64,000 bases of DNA, from the NCBI RefSeq assembly GCF_001194135.2, contig NC_068983.1:112646272-112710271 (forward strand). The letters are read 5' to 3'. This document shows positions 1 to 13,112 of the stretch, in pieces. A model generated the notes under the pieces. That model was not told the DNA's origin. It ran no database searches and was given only the letters and a program-made list of their open reading frames with translations. This DNA comes from Octopus bimaculoides (Eukaryota). The first letter of the stretch is position 1; every line of letters begins with the position of its first letter. The position numbers and the translations under genes are program-made.

Positions 1-305
1 TATATATATATATATCTTTGTATACTGCAAAGATCTATTTCAACTCTACAAGCCAGCTTCACTTGAAAATATATGAGATTTAATAGACTTCTTGCATGTA
101 GAAGGATCATATATATTTTAAATTCTTTGGAAGATGCTACAGAATTGCTAAAAAGAAAATGTCAATAATATTGATTATATCTTCTCCATGCAAAACTTCT
201 AGCCAACCAGATGAGTATGAATATGTTGAGCACCAAGATTGTTATGTCTTTTTGTCATCTATGAAAGTGTCTCATAGGTTTATAAATTCAATAATGCCTA
301 AGTTG

Positions 306-410
306 AAAGATGTGCTTGTATGTGTCTGTATGGGAAAGATGTGCCTGTATGTGTCTGTATGTGAAAATGTGCCTGTATGTGTCTGTATGTGGAAGATGAG
401 TCTGTATGTG
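306..410. repeat. ~29-bp minisatellite, ~3.5 copies
   Basis: Units aaagatgtgc(t/c)tgtatgtgtctgtatg(g/t)g start at about 306, 335 and 364, with a partial fourth. Confidence 0.8.
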
Positions 411-3400
411 CAATGGCTATTTTCTTTAATTATGAATATTAAATACAAAAGAGATTTTTAGAATTGATAAATTTATCATCAAAATCTTAAACACTGAAGC
501 TTTCAGGCCACTTTTAACATCGTCCTATGAAACTAAGCAAAAGATAAATAAGAAAATAATTAAGTGAAGAAATTAATGCTACTTTCTAATGATTATCTAA
601 GTTTCTCATTAATTATATATCCCAGTTGACAATAGAGGAGACACTATTTCTCACAAACCAATCTGAATGTCTTTGGCAACTGAACAATATTTATATTTAG
701 TCATCTAATAGCTTTAATTATTGAAACAACTAATTATCTGTAAGTAATAGTTAAACATTCATTTGTAATGATACTGTTAAACATAAAATTTTTAAAGCTG
801 TGTCCTTCATGACATTTCTCAATTAATGATGATTTTCCAAGACTAAATGTGTTTTAAACATAATACTCATTTACAGATTGTATTGAGCCACATGAATTAC
901 TAATAAATTTAATACTGTTACTATGTTTAAAGCTGGGACCCACTTGTAGTTGCTTGACTTGCTAGAGATGGCATCCAAATCTCCATCAAACCATATTCTA
1001 TCATCTTAGAAAAGGGATACATTGGATAATATAGACTTGGATATGTTATTCCTGGAAATGACATGATGGTTATAGATTGACTGGTTGTTGTCACACTGTA
1101 TTTCCCTGTGTTTAAGGCAAGTAATTTAATGCAAAACAACAAAAGTAAATGTTATGGAGTACCGTTATATTCAAGTGTAAGAAAGAAGATAAAGTTTGTT
1201 AATAATTTTAGGGGTAAAACGTTGGGGACACATTATGTTAGAGATAGCACTCTATTGGTTTAAATATGCTTGGTCTGATCAGTTTCTACTCAAAATGCGA
1301 TCTGAACCCCCATTGAATAAATGAGATGGCTCTTGTTCATAAATTATTTTTAACAAAGATTTTTAGTTCTTTAGAACACTAAATTACAGTGTTTTACTAA
1401 AGGGATCTGGAGCTAAACAACTGGATCCCTGATTATATCTTTCTGATTATTTCAATTAAATTGATGTATTTGGTTACTGACACTACTTAAAATATTCTCA
1501 TTATCAGTTTTCTTTAAGACTATAAAAATCTACAATTCCCCTTCTGTTAAGATTTTTTTCTTCAGAAAACAAGCTGGAAAAGTTCAAACTGAACATCAGC
1601 TGTGCTAACTCAATTGTTTACAAGTGTCTTTAAATGTCATTAGCCCTTCCCCTCCTTTTCCTATTAAATAATGATGTGATAAACTTTGCAAAATGATGAT
1701 AAAAAAGTGAGCTCAAATCATGACTAAATTTCTAGAGGAGATAAATTAATGTAACACAAAAATTCAGCTGATTAAAGCTGAATTAGAACAAATGAGAAGA
1801 ATGAACAAAGAAAATAATTTTATAAAACAAGATCTTTAACTCATTGTGATAAATATGAATGTATTATCGAGTAAATATACAAGATTGTATGCTTAGTGGC
1901 ACAGAAAATAAAACTGTTTAGAAGATAACTGAATTAGGGACACTATCTATATGAAAAATTATAGTAAAGTTAGTGCAGACATATTTAATGCACTGTAAAA
2001 CATATGTAATGTAAAACAGAAAATATTGATCAACCACTGATAACATTTTCTCTACTTGGATTTTTGGAATAGGGACTTATCAGAAAAATACATTTGCTTG
2101 ATGCTATCAAATTTATTATCAAGTGAGTAGAGTAAAGTACTTGTTTTCCACTGACTTAACAAAACTGAGTAGAATATTTTGCTTGAAGAATTTGCTAACC
2201 AATAGCCATAGTTAGCTACTGATAAAAAGGAAAAAGTTCATTCATACTTTGAAATAAAACGTGTACATCTATATTTCAAGTAATGCTCAAATGCTGCATG
2301 AATGCAAATCTTATTGCAAAATTTGTATTGAAAGAAAATACTAACATATAATTTTCTGATACTAGATTGATAAAAGATCATTTATTTATAGAGGTTTTGA
2401 ATTGAAAGACAAGAAAGTTGCTAAATAATCAGCATTCTACCCAGCATATAATTTCTACAGTAAATTACTATGAAGCTAGGTCAACAGATTAGTATTAACA
2501 TATTTAATGCATGAAACAATAAAAGTAAACTAGAAATAAATATGTGATGAGATAAAAAGGAAAAAAAAAAAGCTATTTGTCATGAATAATATTATTTTCT
2601 TTTACTGGCAAATGTGGGAGACAAATTTGAACATATTTCAGTTCTATTCTGACTTCCTCTGCAAAATATATCTTTCACTGCACTTGTTGAAAAATAGATG
2701 AATGAATTACATAGCCAATACATTAAGTGACATAGTCAATAATTTAGAGATACTGTCCCTATAGAAAAAGGAGCCAATAGTTGACTTAGTATTACATATT
2801 CAATGAGGTAAGTATTAAAAACATAACTATAAAACAAAAAAATATTGATGTGTTGGTCATTTACCAATATCATTTCCTTTTATGTTAAGTATGACAAAAG
2901 CTATGGTTGACTGAAAAGATCAGAATATAAACGTAACAGCTATTGAATTTTTGAACCAAGATATTCTTTACCAATATTTATGATCAACACTGTTCCAGCT
3001 GTGACACCCAATCTTTTATTCAGATACTGTTTTCAGCACCACATTATTCAATGTACTTTTTGTTTTTAAGATAATAGAATGTAATTTATGACAGAGAGAG
3101 AGAGGGGGGAGTAATAGAAAAGGACATTGTGGGACAGTGCACACGTGTGTACATGAGAGAGATTGTATTCTTGGTTCTCTACTTTATCACAAACTCTTGT
3201 AACACCTTGAAAGATAAATTACTTGATAAAGGCTAACAGTGTGTAATGCAAGCTGTAGTGATAAGTCAAATGGAAAGTGTGAGAGGTAAATAAGATGTAA
3301 AGTTCTTTTGAAAAGTATTGGAAACTTGGCGGCAAAAGACTAACTAACTTTCAAGAATTAATAGATGAGACAGAAGTAGATAATGAAATAAGACATATGT

Positions 3401-4287
3401 AATACTTACGTTAAGAAAACTTTACATGAAATAAACTCAAGAACTGACAAATATAAAAGTGTTATAATCATCAAAACTTAAAATTATATCTTGAAATGTA
3501 AATCACAATGATGTTATAACTGTGACTGGTTATTATTTCTTTTAACAATCACTCAATGACAAGATAAGATTATTCCAAGTGAGATCAAGCAACTAAAACA
3601 GACAAAAGCATTTATCTATATAATATTGTCTATGCACTAAGTTTGTATATCAGTTTATAAAAATTTGTATTAAGTTTAAACAAATGATATATTTCATATG
3701 GAAAGCATTGGTCAAACAGGAATCTTATACGTAGGTGTTGAATAATGGGTTTTGTGAATGAAATGACACAGTGACCAGTATATTCAAAGAGAGTAATTTA
3801 AGAACTCCAGTAATTTAATTCAACATATGAACAAGAAAATCCAATCAATAATATCTGTCCAAAATTCTCATTAATACCAAATAATTAATACATTGACTCA
3901 CTGAGCGATAGAGACAAAACTTTAATCATAGACAATAAATATTTTGAATTAAACAAAATTTTATAAAATTATGTACACTATCACAGTTTTAAAATATGGC
4001 AAACAAGTATTTTGTAGCTTTGAGACACTATAAGCCATTCCCAGGAAAGTTGTTTTAATAAAATACCTTAACATTTTTAGTAAAATATGATCTTAGATTT
4101 AAAGTAAAATTTCAATATTTCAGTCTTCAGAAATTACTCTAGGAATATAAATAACATTTCAGTCTCTATGAAAAAAATATACATCACTTAGATTTGTTTT
4201 CTTTCTCTTGTGTGTAATGTACATTTAAAGGAGAATTGATTTCTCATTGAATCACAGTAGTTATTTATAATACTACATTACACACAT

Positions 4288-4376
<89 letters not shown>
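4288..4376. repeat. (CA)n microsatellite
   Basis: Long CA run; the source of the HT/CV-repeat ORFs. Confidence 0.97.
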
Positions 4377-4379
<3 letters not shown>

Positions 4380-5186
4380 GCCCACATGCACGTAAACACA
4401 CATGTGCATGCCCACAGATATATCCACCTACATGTAAATCAAAATACACCAATAACAAATTGTTTCTTTTCTTCTATCAACAGAAGTAACCTAAGACACT
4501 CACAGTATTGCCAGAAATGAAAATTCCTGAATGTTTAGTTTTCTTTCAGTTACTCTATCAAACAATCAAACTTAAACATTCTGTTGACATTTCATCTTCA
4601 GGCTGTATTTAGTATCAATTGATGACATTTTAATAAAAACATTTTAAACTTTACATTACAATTTTAGAGAAGAATGATGAAATTAAAAATCTATCAATAA
4701 CTCTTATAGATTCTGAGCAATGTAAATTCACTATTTGTTTTTTGTTTCTTTTATCAGTTATTCAGAATAACAGAGGTAGGGTCATTGACTTTTACAAATG
4801 TTACCAACTAGTTGAAATGTTGCAGTAAAAATCTTTGTAAGTCAATATCTGCGGGCAAAATTTGAGTAAGAAGAGTATTTCAGAGAAAATAGTTCATGGA
4901 AACAATTGACTGAGTAGAGTACTTAGTAATGATTCTGAGTGGGAGCCAAAATACAAGAGATGACAAAAAGGGAGATGTGTGTCACATAGGACACAGTGGT
5001 AAAGATATGTACTTGGATATTTCTCAAGATGAGTGCAGTATGGGAATGGTAAAGTAAGAACATCTGTAGCATGTTAATGAAGAAATAGTTACCAATCAGT
5101 CCTATGTCATCTCTTCTTTTGGACATGATCTAGGATATCTGTGTATGAAGCACCAGTTTTGACCCAGATATATGATCAGTATTGTA

Positions 5187-6360
5187 TTGGGTCATCTCAT
5201 AAATAATGCAGTTTTGTTATAATTCTTTTATTTTTCAAAATTAAGATAAAGTTCTTTTTTAATCTAAAATATACTCTCTTGCATTTTCTACAATGCTCTT
5301 CCATCTATCTGGTAGACTTGCATATTTTTTCCATTCAAATGATTTTGAAGACTGCAAAATAAATGATAATCAGATGGGGCAATGTCCAGCGAATATGGTC
5401 ATTGGGGCATCGTTTCCCATTGAAATTGCTTCCAGCCTTTGGAATATTATTCTCCCTGTATGTGGCCAAGCATTATCCTGATGGAAGAATGCCTTTCATC
5501 TTGAAACCAAAGATGGTCGTTTCTCCTCTAGCGCTGACATAAGCCATTCATGCTGCTCACAGTTTAAAAGTTCAAAGTGAACTAAACCTTTCATATCCCA
5601 CCAAAGAGATAACAACACCTTATGTGGGTGAAGACCTTCTTTACCCTGGGGTGCCAGTGTTTCTCCTGTCCCTACCCACTGTCTTCAGTGCTTGACATTT
5701 TTATAGAGAATCCATTTCTCACCACCAGTCACTATTCGGTCTCAAGAAGGTTCATTCATGAGACATGACAGCAAAGAATATACATTCACCCTCCGTGCCT
5801 GATCAGACTTAGAAAGTTTGTGAGGAACTCACTGACCCACTGACTTTTCCAATTGCACACAAGTGTCAATGAATGGTTGAATGACATGACCAAATCCAAG
5901 CTTCTCTGCTAGTTCTTTAACAGTTACGATGGGATTTTGTTCCACCAGGTTTTGCAGGATACCCTCGTTGAGCTCTACAGATCTTCGAGGACGAGGCTCA
6001 TCTTCTAGGCTGTAGTTTCCAGCTCAGAATTTCTGGAACCACCGTTGACACTGGCTTATACTTATTGTTTGATTCCAATATACTGCATTAATATTCCTCA
6101 CACCTTCCATTGCATTGCTGTCTTTATTGAACCCATAAAGCAAAATATGCCGAATATGCTTCTTTGTCACTTCAATTATAGCTTTGAAAAATTAACTGTT
6201 AAAATCGAACTGCACTCTTCAAATCCTGCACTAAGAATAAGTACAAGGTAAAATTGCTACCTGCTTTTATAGCAAGTTGATGCAAGTAGTTTATCCTGTC
6301 CCCCTTCGACTTTTCTTGCATGCAATTTAAAAGAAAAGCATTATTTATTGGATGACCCAA
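5187..6360 (-). mobile_element. Tc1/mariner (mariner-type) DNA transposon, full length, decayed; copy 1
   Basis: TIR ttgggtcatctcataaataatgc follows TA at 5185-5186, and the right TIR ...gcattatttattggatgacccaa ends at 6360. The interior is the reverse complement of the copy at 24908-26134. Confidence 0.9.
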
Positions 6361-8279
6361 TGATATAAGTTTCACCTGAGTTATACAGAAAGTTAGCAAC
6401 TGATCAGAGTTGAAGAATATTTTTACCTCAATGAGAAATATAGTTTGAAAGACTCATATTTGGCAACGTAACATAATTGAGGTTAATATGAAAAGATTTT
6501 GAGCAAGGAACTAGATCTGGGGAATACTGTTTGAGGGTTATGAAAAGTAACTGTGAACACCTGGTGCATTGTTGGGCCATATTGATCTGAGAACTATTCA
6601 TACCTGAAGTCTGTGAGACAATTATGGGAGAAAATAGAGTGTGAGAGAAGTTTTGATGAATATGAGAGACATTTAGATTTTCTTTTAGCTGATGAAAGTA
6701 ACATTTAATACAAGTAAAATCAGAAACTATTTTGGTAATGCCTCATGCTAACGTATCATCAATGACACAAAATTATCACAAAAGTAAATTAATAAAGAAC
6801 ACGATTATAATGATAGCAATTAGAATGATTAGGATGAATATGATAGCAGTAGTAAATATTCTATAGCAGAGTTACTATAGCTTATTGTTGTCAATAAATA
6901 GTTTTATGTGAAAATGATGGTTTTTTGAGATTATAAATTATGTGTACAAACATCTGTGAGAATCAAATCAATGATGTATATATTCTGGTAGATTTGAACA
7001 TGAATACATTCCAGTAGATTCAAACATGAATATGCTAATTGCTAATGCATTACATCTCTAGAGAACACCCTAACTTTTCAGATAGTGTGTTTTTTATACA
7101 CACTTGATTCCTTGATGTATAGGATCTTTGAGACACCACAGTGTTTCCACACTGTTGTCACTTCACTCAAGGCTATGTCTGAATTGATGAATCTAAATAA
7201 GAATTATAGCTCTTGTTTATCGAATTCAACAAAACAAATTATTTTCTGATGTGTGTTGATGTCTCCCAAGCCAATAATAAATTATCATGTGTTAGGAGAC
7301 CAGAGAGAATCAGAACACTGATGCACATATTCAATTTTAATACATTCTGGCAGATTTGAATGGGAATATGCTAAATAACAACAATTAACATAGTTATGTC
7401 CAAATCTGTTGGGACATATTAAGAATGAATTCGTATGTCATTGTGTTGAAATCATTTACTTTGTGTAAGATTCTTTTTAAAAACTGACAATCAATGGTAT
7501 TAATGTGTTGTTGCTGTGATTAAGTAGACCTATACTTAATAGTGTTCTAGTAGTGGTGATCATTCCAGCTTTGATTCAGATAAAATGTATCAAGGCTATG
7601 CTATTTAATATATTCTTCATTTTTTTTTAAAGATCACAACCAAACCTGCATTTCAAAGACTTTCTCTTCAAAATCAGAAACTATTTCAGCAGCTGGATGT
7701 GTACATTAGAACATTGTTCACATACATAGAGCATGACAGCTACTACACATGTACAAGCATTTTAGATTTCCACTCAAAAACAAAAGTCATCTGACCAATC
7801 ATTTCTTACATATGCACTATAACCCTTGTAATTAGAAACATTCAATCCTCATTTTGAATTCCCTACTGTTATTACAACAAATTTTGCCTTTCTAAATTAG
7901 CAGAACAAGTTCATCTAATTTACCCTTCACTGTGCTCATCGAATTTACCTTTCTGTATATTTGTCAAATTTACTTTTTACTATTTCCTGCTAAAGTTCAC
8001 ATTAACCCTAACCCTAACCCTAAATCTTTACAATTAAAACTGCAATTTTTAGAATTTCTTTTCACTATAAATTGTAAAAATTCAAGCTGAAGAGCAACTA
8101 CATCAACATCCGCAGACTGACAAGACTTGAATAGGCCATTGGCACTGGTCATAGGTCACCTTATCTGAAATGCAATAAGGAAAACCAAGTATTTATAGAA
8201 GAGGGGAGGAGGAGGAGGAGGTGATTTGTTGAATAATAACTTCTAACAAATATACAATACCTGAAATGTGCAGAGAGAA

Positions 8280-8445
8280 GTTAGTTGATTATATTGACCC
8301 CAGTAGCGGACTGATATTTTAATCAACTTCAGAGGAAAGAAAGGAAAGGCTACTTTGATGGAATTTGAAATTAGAAGGTAATGAGCGAGAACAATTACTG
8401 CAAAATATTTTGGTAGATGCTGAAATGATTCTGCCAATCCATCGC
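8280..8445 (-). mobile_element. degenerate SINE, local family B
   Basis: Reverse-strand similarity to the ggtgagctggcagaatcattagc...gagttcaaattc...tttgcctttcatcc family at 8709 and 18866. Confidence 0.5.
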
Positions 8446-8708
8446 TCAAACTTTAAAATTTGTAGGGCAAAAGGCTCAGTCAATTAAGATGATCATCACA
8501 CTATTGATTATTTCTACACATATAGCTCTAAATATTCATGTTGAGTCAAAGATTAAAAAATTAAAATCTCTGTTATTCTTACAGACATCATGAACATTGT
8601 TGTTGTTTGAACTTAGATAAGTTTTTATCAAGCAAACTTCAAATCAAAGGTATTTATTCCATCCTGTCTGTCTATATCTTTGCTGATATTTATTTAATGA
8701 GTGTAAGA

Positions 8709-8915
8709 AGGTGAGCTGGCAGAATCATTAGCATGTCAAGCAATGCTTTCTGGCATTTTGTTGTCTTTATGTTCTGAGTTCAAATTCTGCCAAGGTCGAC
8801 TTTGCCTTCCATCCTTTTGAGGGTTGATAGAATAAATACCAGTTGAGTACTGGCATTGATGTAATTGACTTACTCCACCTCAATTACTAGCCTTGTGCCA
8901 AAATTTTAAATTGAT
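8709..8915 (+). mobile_element. tRNA-derived SINE, local family B
   Basis: ggtgagctggcagaatcattagc head, box-B-like gagttcaaattc, then tttgccttccatcc and ccttgtgcc body; several homologues in the window. Confidence 0.75.
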
Positions 8916-8997
8916 ATTTCTCCAATGAATCATTTTTTTTATTTAAGATAATAGGGTAGAATTCGGACAGTGAACTGGGTGAATTGCTGCTAAGTTG

Positions 8998-9250
8998 TAG
9001 AGTGGCAGAATTGTTAGAGCAGTGGACAAAATGGTTGCTGGTTACTGTTTTGGCTCTTTACATTTGGAATTTAAACCCACCAAAGTCAACTTTGCCTTTC
9101 ATCCTCTCAGGACTGATAATGTAAAATATAAAACCAGGTAATGGATTAGTATATTTGCGAGAGCATTAAATAAAATGCTTTGCTGTCTTTGTTCTACTTC
9201 TTGACATTCACATTTTAAATTCTGTGAGGTCAGCTTTGCCTTTCATTTTT
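8998..9250 (+). mobile_element. two older degenerate family B SINE fragments
   Basis: gtggcagaattgttagagc...gtcaactttgcctttcatcc, then a second gtcagctttgcctttcat segment near 9230. Confidence 0.45.
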
Positions 9251-9718
9251 AAAGAAGTAATATAATAAAGTATTAGTCATTGTAGTGGGATACAACAGTC
9301 TCTTCCTCCAGCTGTCACATTTTTAGAATTCCCTGGAGCTAATGTGCAAACAATAAAAGGATGTTAGTGTCTGAGTATCTAAAACAGATTGAAGTCGTGG
9401 TGCATGCTGCCATTGAGTCATATTCAGTTATGAAAAATGGCAGAGTTAGGATTTTGGAATGATCTTTTATTGTTGTTTCTAAATTCTCAGACTTATACTG
9501 CATAGAGATCTCATCATTAGTGTGTCTTTAATATTGTTTTCATACCAAAAAAACAGGAGGGAAAAAGTAAGTGCCCATAACGTTCTTACCATCTGTCAAT
9601 CTTGGAAGCAAAGCTAATTGATGAAGTTAGTGCAAAAAATGCTTAATTTTAGTTTCACAAATCAAGAATTGAAAAATTAAGAAAAAGAAAATTTGAGCTA
9701 AATGAGAAACTCAGGAGA

Positions 9719-9915
9719 TCTTCATCATCATCATCATTTAACATCCATTGTCCATAATGGCAAGCTGGGGAGCTGCACTATACACCAGTCTGATTTGGCA
9801 TGGTTTCTACAGCTGGATGCTTTTCCTAATGCCGAACACTTTACAAAGTGTACTGGGTGTTTTATGTGGCACCATGTGGGTCCTTTTATGTGGTGCTGCT
9901 CAGGCAACTTTATGT
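9719..9915 (-). mobile_element. RTE-type 3' tail fragment ending in (GAT)n
   Basis: (CAT)n-tttaacatcc...ctggatgcttttcctaatgcc matches the reverse complement of the tails at 12760-12811 and 57370-57572. Confidence 0.7.
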
Positions 9916-12299
9916 GGCACTGCTTTTACTGGATGTTTTCCTAAAAAGAAGAGAGAGAGGAGGAATAGGGGTGGGTGGAGAGAGCAATTAGCTGAGCTGA
10001 AATGTTTAATAATAGGTCTGATAATGATAGTCTAGGATATTTTTCCCTTCCATATGTTTAATTTAATTGATTGAATGCTATCTTTGACAAAGTGGTGTAT
10101 AGAATAAAGTTAAATAGAAACAAAAGAATGTTTGACTAAATATATTGTTGCAAAGGAACAAAATATTTTCTCCTGCTTGGATTACACTCCACAGTGTTTT
10201 ATAATCTATTGAACAAGATCAATCACTGATATTTGAGTTGATTCCAGAGTGTTAGACAACACAGAACTATAATAAAAGTAAATGATGTAATATATAAAAA
10301 AAAAAATTCTGCAATCATTATTTGCTTTTCAATTGTGTAGTACTCAGACACACAGACAGAGACTGATGTTATTGCTGCTGTTTGCAGAAACATTGTTGCT
10401 TAAAAACAAATATAAACATATCTCTTGCACTGTTTGCTTATCCCCAGCTAAAGAGATCTGTTTTAAAGAAATCCTGTTCAGGAATTAAAGCTGTTCTTGA
10501 GATTTATTGGTGACAAGGGATTGCGTATTTATCAAGAAAGCTTTCTCAGATTCAACAACATGATAATTGCATAAATTCCTGCTTTACAATTTTAGTGTTG
10601 GTGTTAGCAATGGCAAAAAAGAGCAAAAGAAATTGCATTTACCACTTATAAGAACCTGAACAGTTTTGAAGTGCAAGGACATTTTACAGACAAACAGAGA
10701 TACAGAAATTTCCTGTTTCAAGGATTCCCATGAAATATCAAAACACTTGAACACCTCTGACATTTTAAGATAAATATTTTGATTTTCAAAGCTGAACAAC
10801 TCTTGATAGTATTCAAAGCATTATGCAAAAGAAACCAAAGGTGTAGGTTTTATGTTGCTATTTGATCTGTTAGAAATAGATGCTAAATCCTCCTCAAATC
10901 ATATCTTGCTGTCTTAAAGAAAGGTAAGATACTTTACATAATGCAGTCCTAGGTACACTATGTCTAACAAAATGGCTGGATCACCAAGACATGAAATCCC
11001 AAGACATGAAAGTTAGCATGGAGATAAGCAATAATAACAGCAATAACAACATTATATAAAATAGTGTTGTGTGTGTGTGTGTGCATCTGCATTTGATTAT
11101 ATAAAAGACCTGAGAGAAAACGTTAATCATAGATTGTTATGTGGATGATAACAATAATGGAATACTCCTCCCACATGGTGAGTGATATGTGATAATCATT
11201 ACAAATATTGTGACATAGGAGAAGTTGGGGGAGTCAGTCATAGATAGTCGTGTCTTACCTGTCTAACTATACTGCTATACTGGAGTGGACGTTACAACAG
11301 TCCAACATTAGATTACAACATGGATTGTATGTTTTAGCCAGAAGAAATAATACCATACAAAAAATTCCTATATTTAACCTTTTTGTTACCACATTTCAAC
11401 TGAAATACACTACCATTATATTCTTTTAAATACTGAAGAATTTACTAAAATCACTTTGTAATTATCAAGCCGGTTTTTGAAACATAAATTATCACAAAAT
11501 TTTGATGGGAAAACTAGTGAATTTCGATTATCTTCCAAGAAAGATGAAGTGGAATTAGAAAGAAATAAAACATGGGCGTGTCTGTGTGAATTTCAGAGAC
11601 AGTGATTTTTTCCCTTTCATATTTTCACTCATTCTCTGCAATACAAAATACACTGTCAGTCTCCCTTTAAGGTGAAGTCCTCCATCTTTATAAATATAGT
11701 AAAAAAAATGTCTAAATTCTGGAGTAGTTTTCTCTCATAAGTGAAGAAATAGAGTAAGAAATCTGTAATTTAATCAATAAATACAGTAAACTTTAATATA
11801 CTGCTCTTACTAAATAATTTAACCACCAATTTCAAGCAAGAATGAATAATGAGAATTAAATCAATTTCAGTTTTTAAACAAAACCTCTCATCTTATCCTT
11901 AACTAGGGTAACTGCAGTTCATTATTCAATGGATTAACAAAAGCTGTTGCCAGAAGAGATATTTTTGATAAATGAAGACAAATGTTCATTTATGCAAAGA
12001 AGCTTTGACAATACATTTCCATTGAATATTATAAGTAATTTCTTTATACATCATAATGTTGAAGAGCCATGAAGATTTAGAGGGAAAAATGTAAAGTAGA
12101 ATAAAGACTCTTTGCCTGAATATCAATATATTTTGCTTACTTTGGATAAATATATTTCCTTACAATTTTTAATTTAGAAAGTAAGGTCTTCATTTTTAAA
12201 TTAAAAGTTATACATACATACATATCTGTATACATACATACATATATATATATAGGTATGTATGTATATATATATGTGTGTGTGTGTATATTCGTATCT

Positions 12300-12811
12300 A
12301 TACTTCATTGGGTACTAAACTCTGCTTACAAAGACCTGTTGAGGCAAGTGAATTGAAATCGAAATCAAACCAAATTCGACGAGTGGCACCCATGCCAACC
12401 TCTCCTTCATAAGACACTAAACTCTGCTTGCGAAGACCTGTTGGGGCAAGTGAAATCGAAATCATAATTGAACCATATTCGATGGCCAGCACCTGTGCCA
12501 GTGGAGCACTAAGAGCACCAGCCAAGCGTGATCATTACCAGAGCAGCTGTCTGGCTTCCATGCTAGTGGCACGTAAATATCACCATTTGAGTGTGATCGT
12601 TACCAGCGTCGCCTTACTGGCACTTGTGCCGGTGGGATGTTAGAAAATCATTTGAGCGAGGTTGTTGCTAGTACTGCTGGACCGGCTCCTGTGCAGGTGG
12701 CACATAACAAAAAACATTTTGAGCCATTGCCAGTACCGCGTGACTGGCCTTCGTGCCGGTGGCACGTAAAAGCACCCACTACACTCTCAGAGTGGTTGGC
12801 GTTAGGAAGGG
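12300..12811 (+). mobile_element. composite non-autonomous retroelement with an internal ~100-bp duplication and RTE-type tail, running into the gap
   Basis: actaaactctgctt...gacctgtt..ggcaagtgaa recurs at 12314 and 12416. It ends in gccggtggcacgtaaaagcacccactacactctcagagtggttggcgttaggaaggg, shared with 57370-57450. Confidence 0.7.
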
Positions 12812-13112
12812 NNNNNNNNNNNNNNNNNNNNNNNNNNNNNNNNNNNNNNNNNNNNNNNNNNNNNNNNNNNNNNNNNNNNNNNNNNNNNNNNNNNNNNNNN
12901 NNNNNNNNNNNNNNNNNNNNNNNNNNNNNNNNNNNNNNNNNNNNNNNNNNNNNNNNNNNNNNNNNNNNNNNNNNNNNNNNNNNNNNNNNNNNNNNNNNNN
13001 NNNNNNNNNNNNNNNNNNNNNNNNNNNNNNNNNNNNNNNNNNNNNNNNNNNNNNNNNNNNNNNNNNNNNNNNNNNNNNNNNNNNNNNNNNNNNNNNNNNN
13101 NNNNNNNNNNNN
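12812..13112. other. assembly gap
   Basis: N run. Confidence 1.

Noticed and set aside
8003-8023. (TAACCC)3 telomere-like repeat
   Set aside because: Only 3.5 units; too short to call an interstitial telomere.
10380-10740. Possible pogo/Tigger-like peptide (KRAKEIA...)
   Set aside because: Resemblance too short; no DDE motifs or TIRs found.
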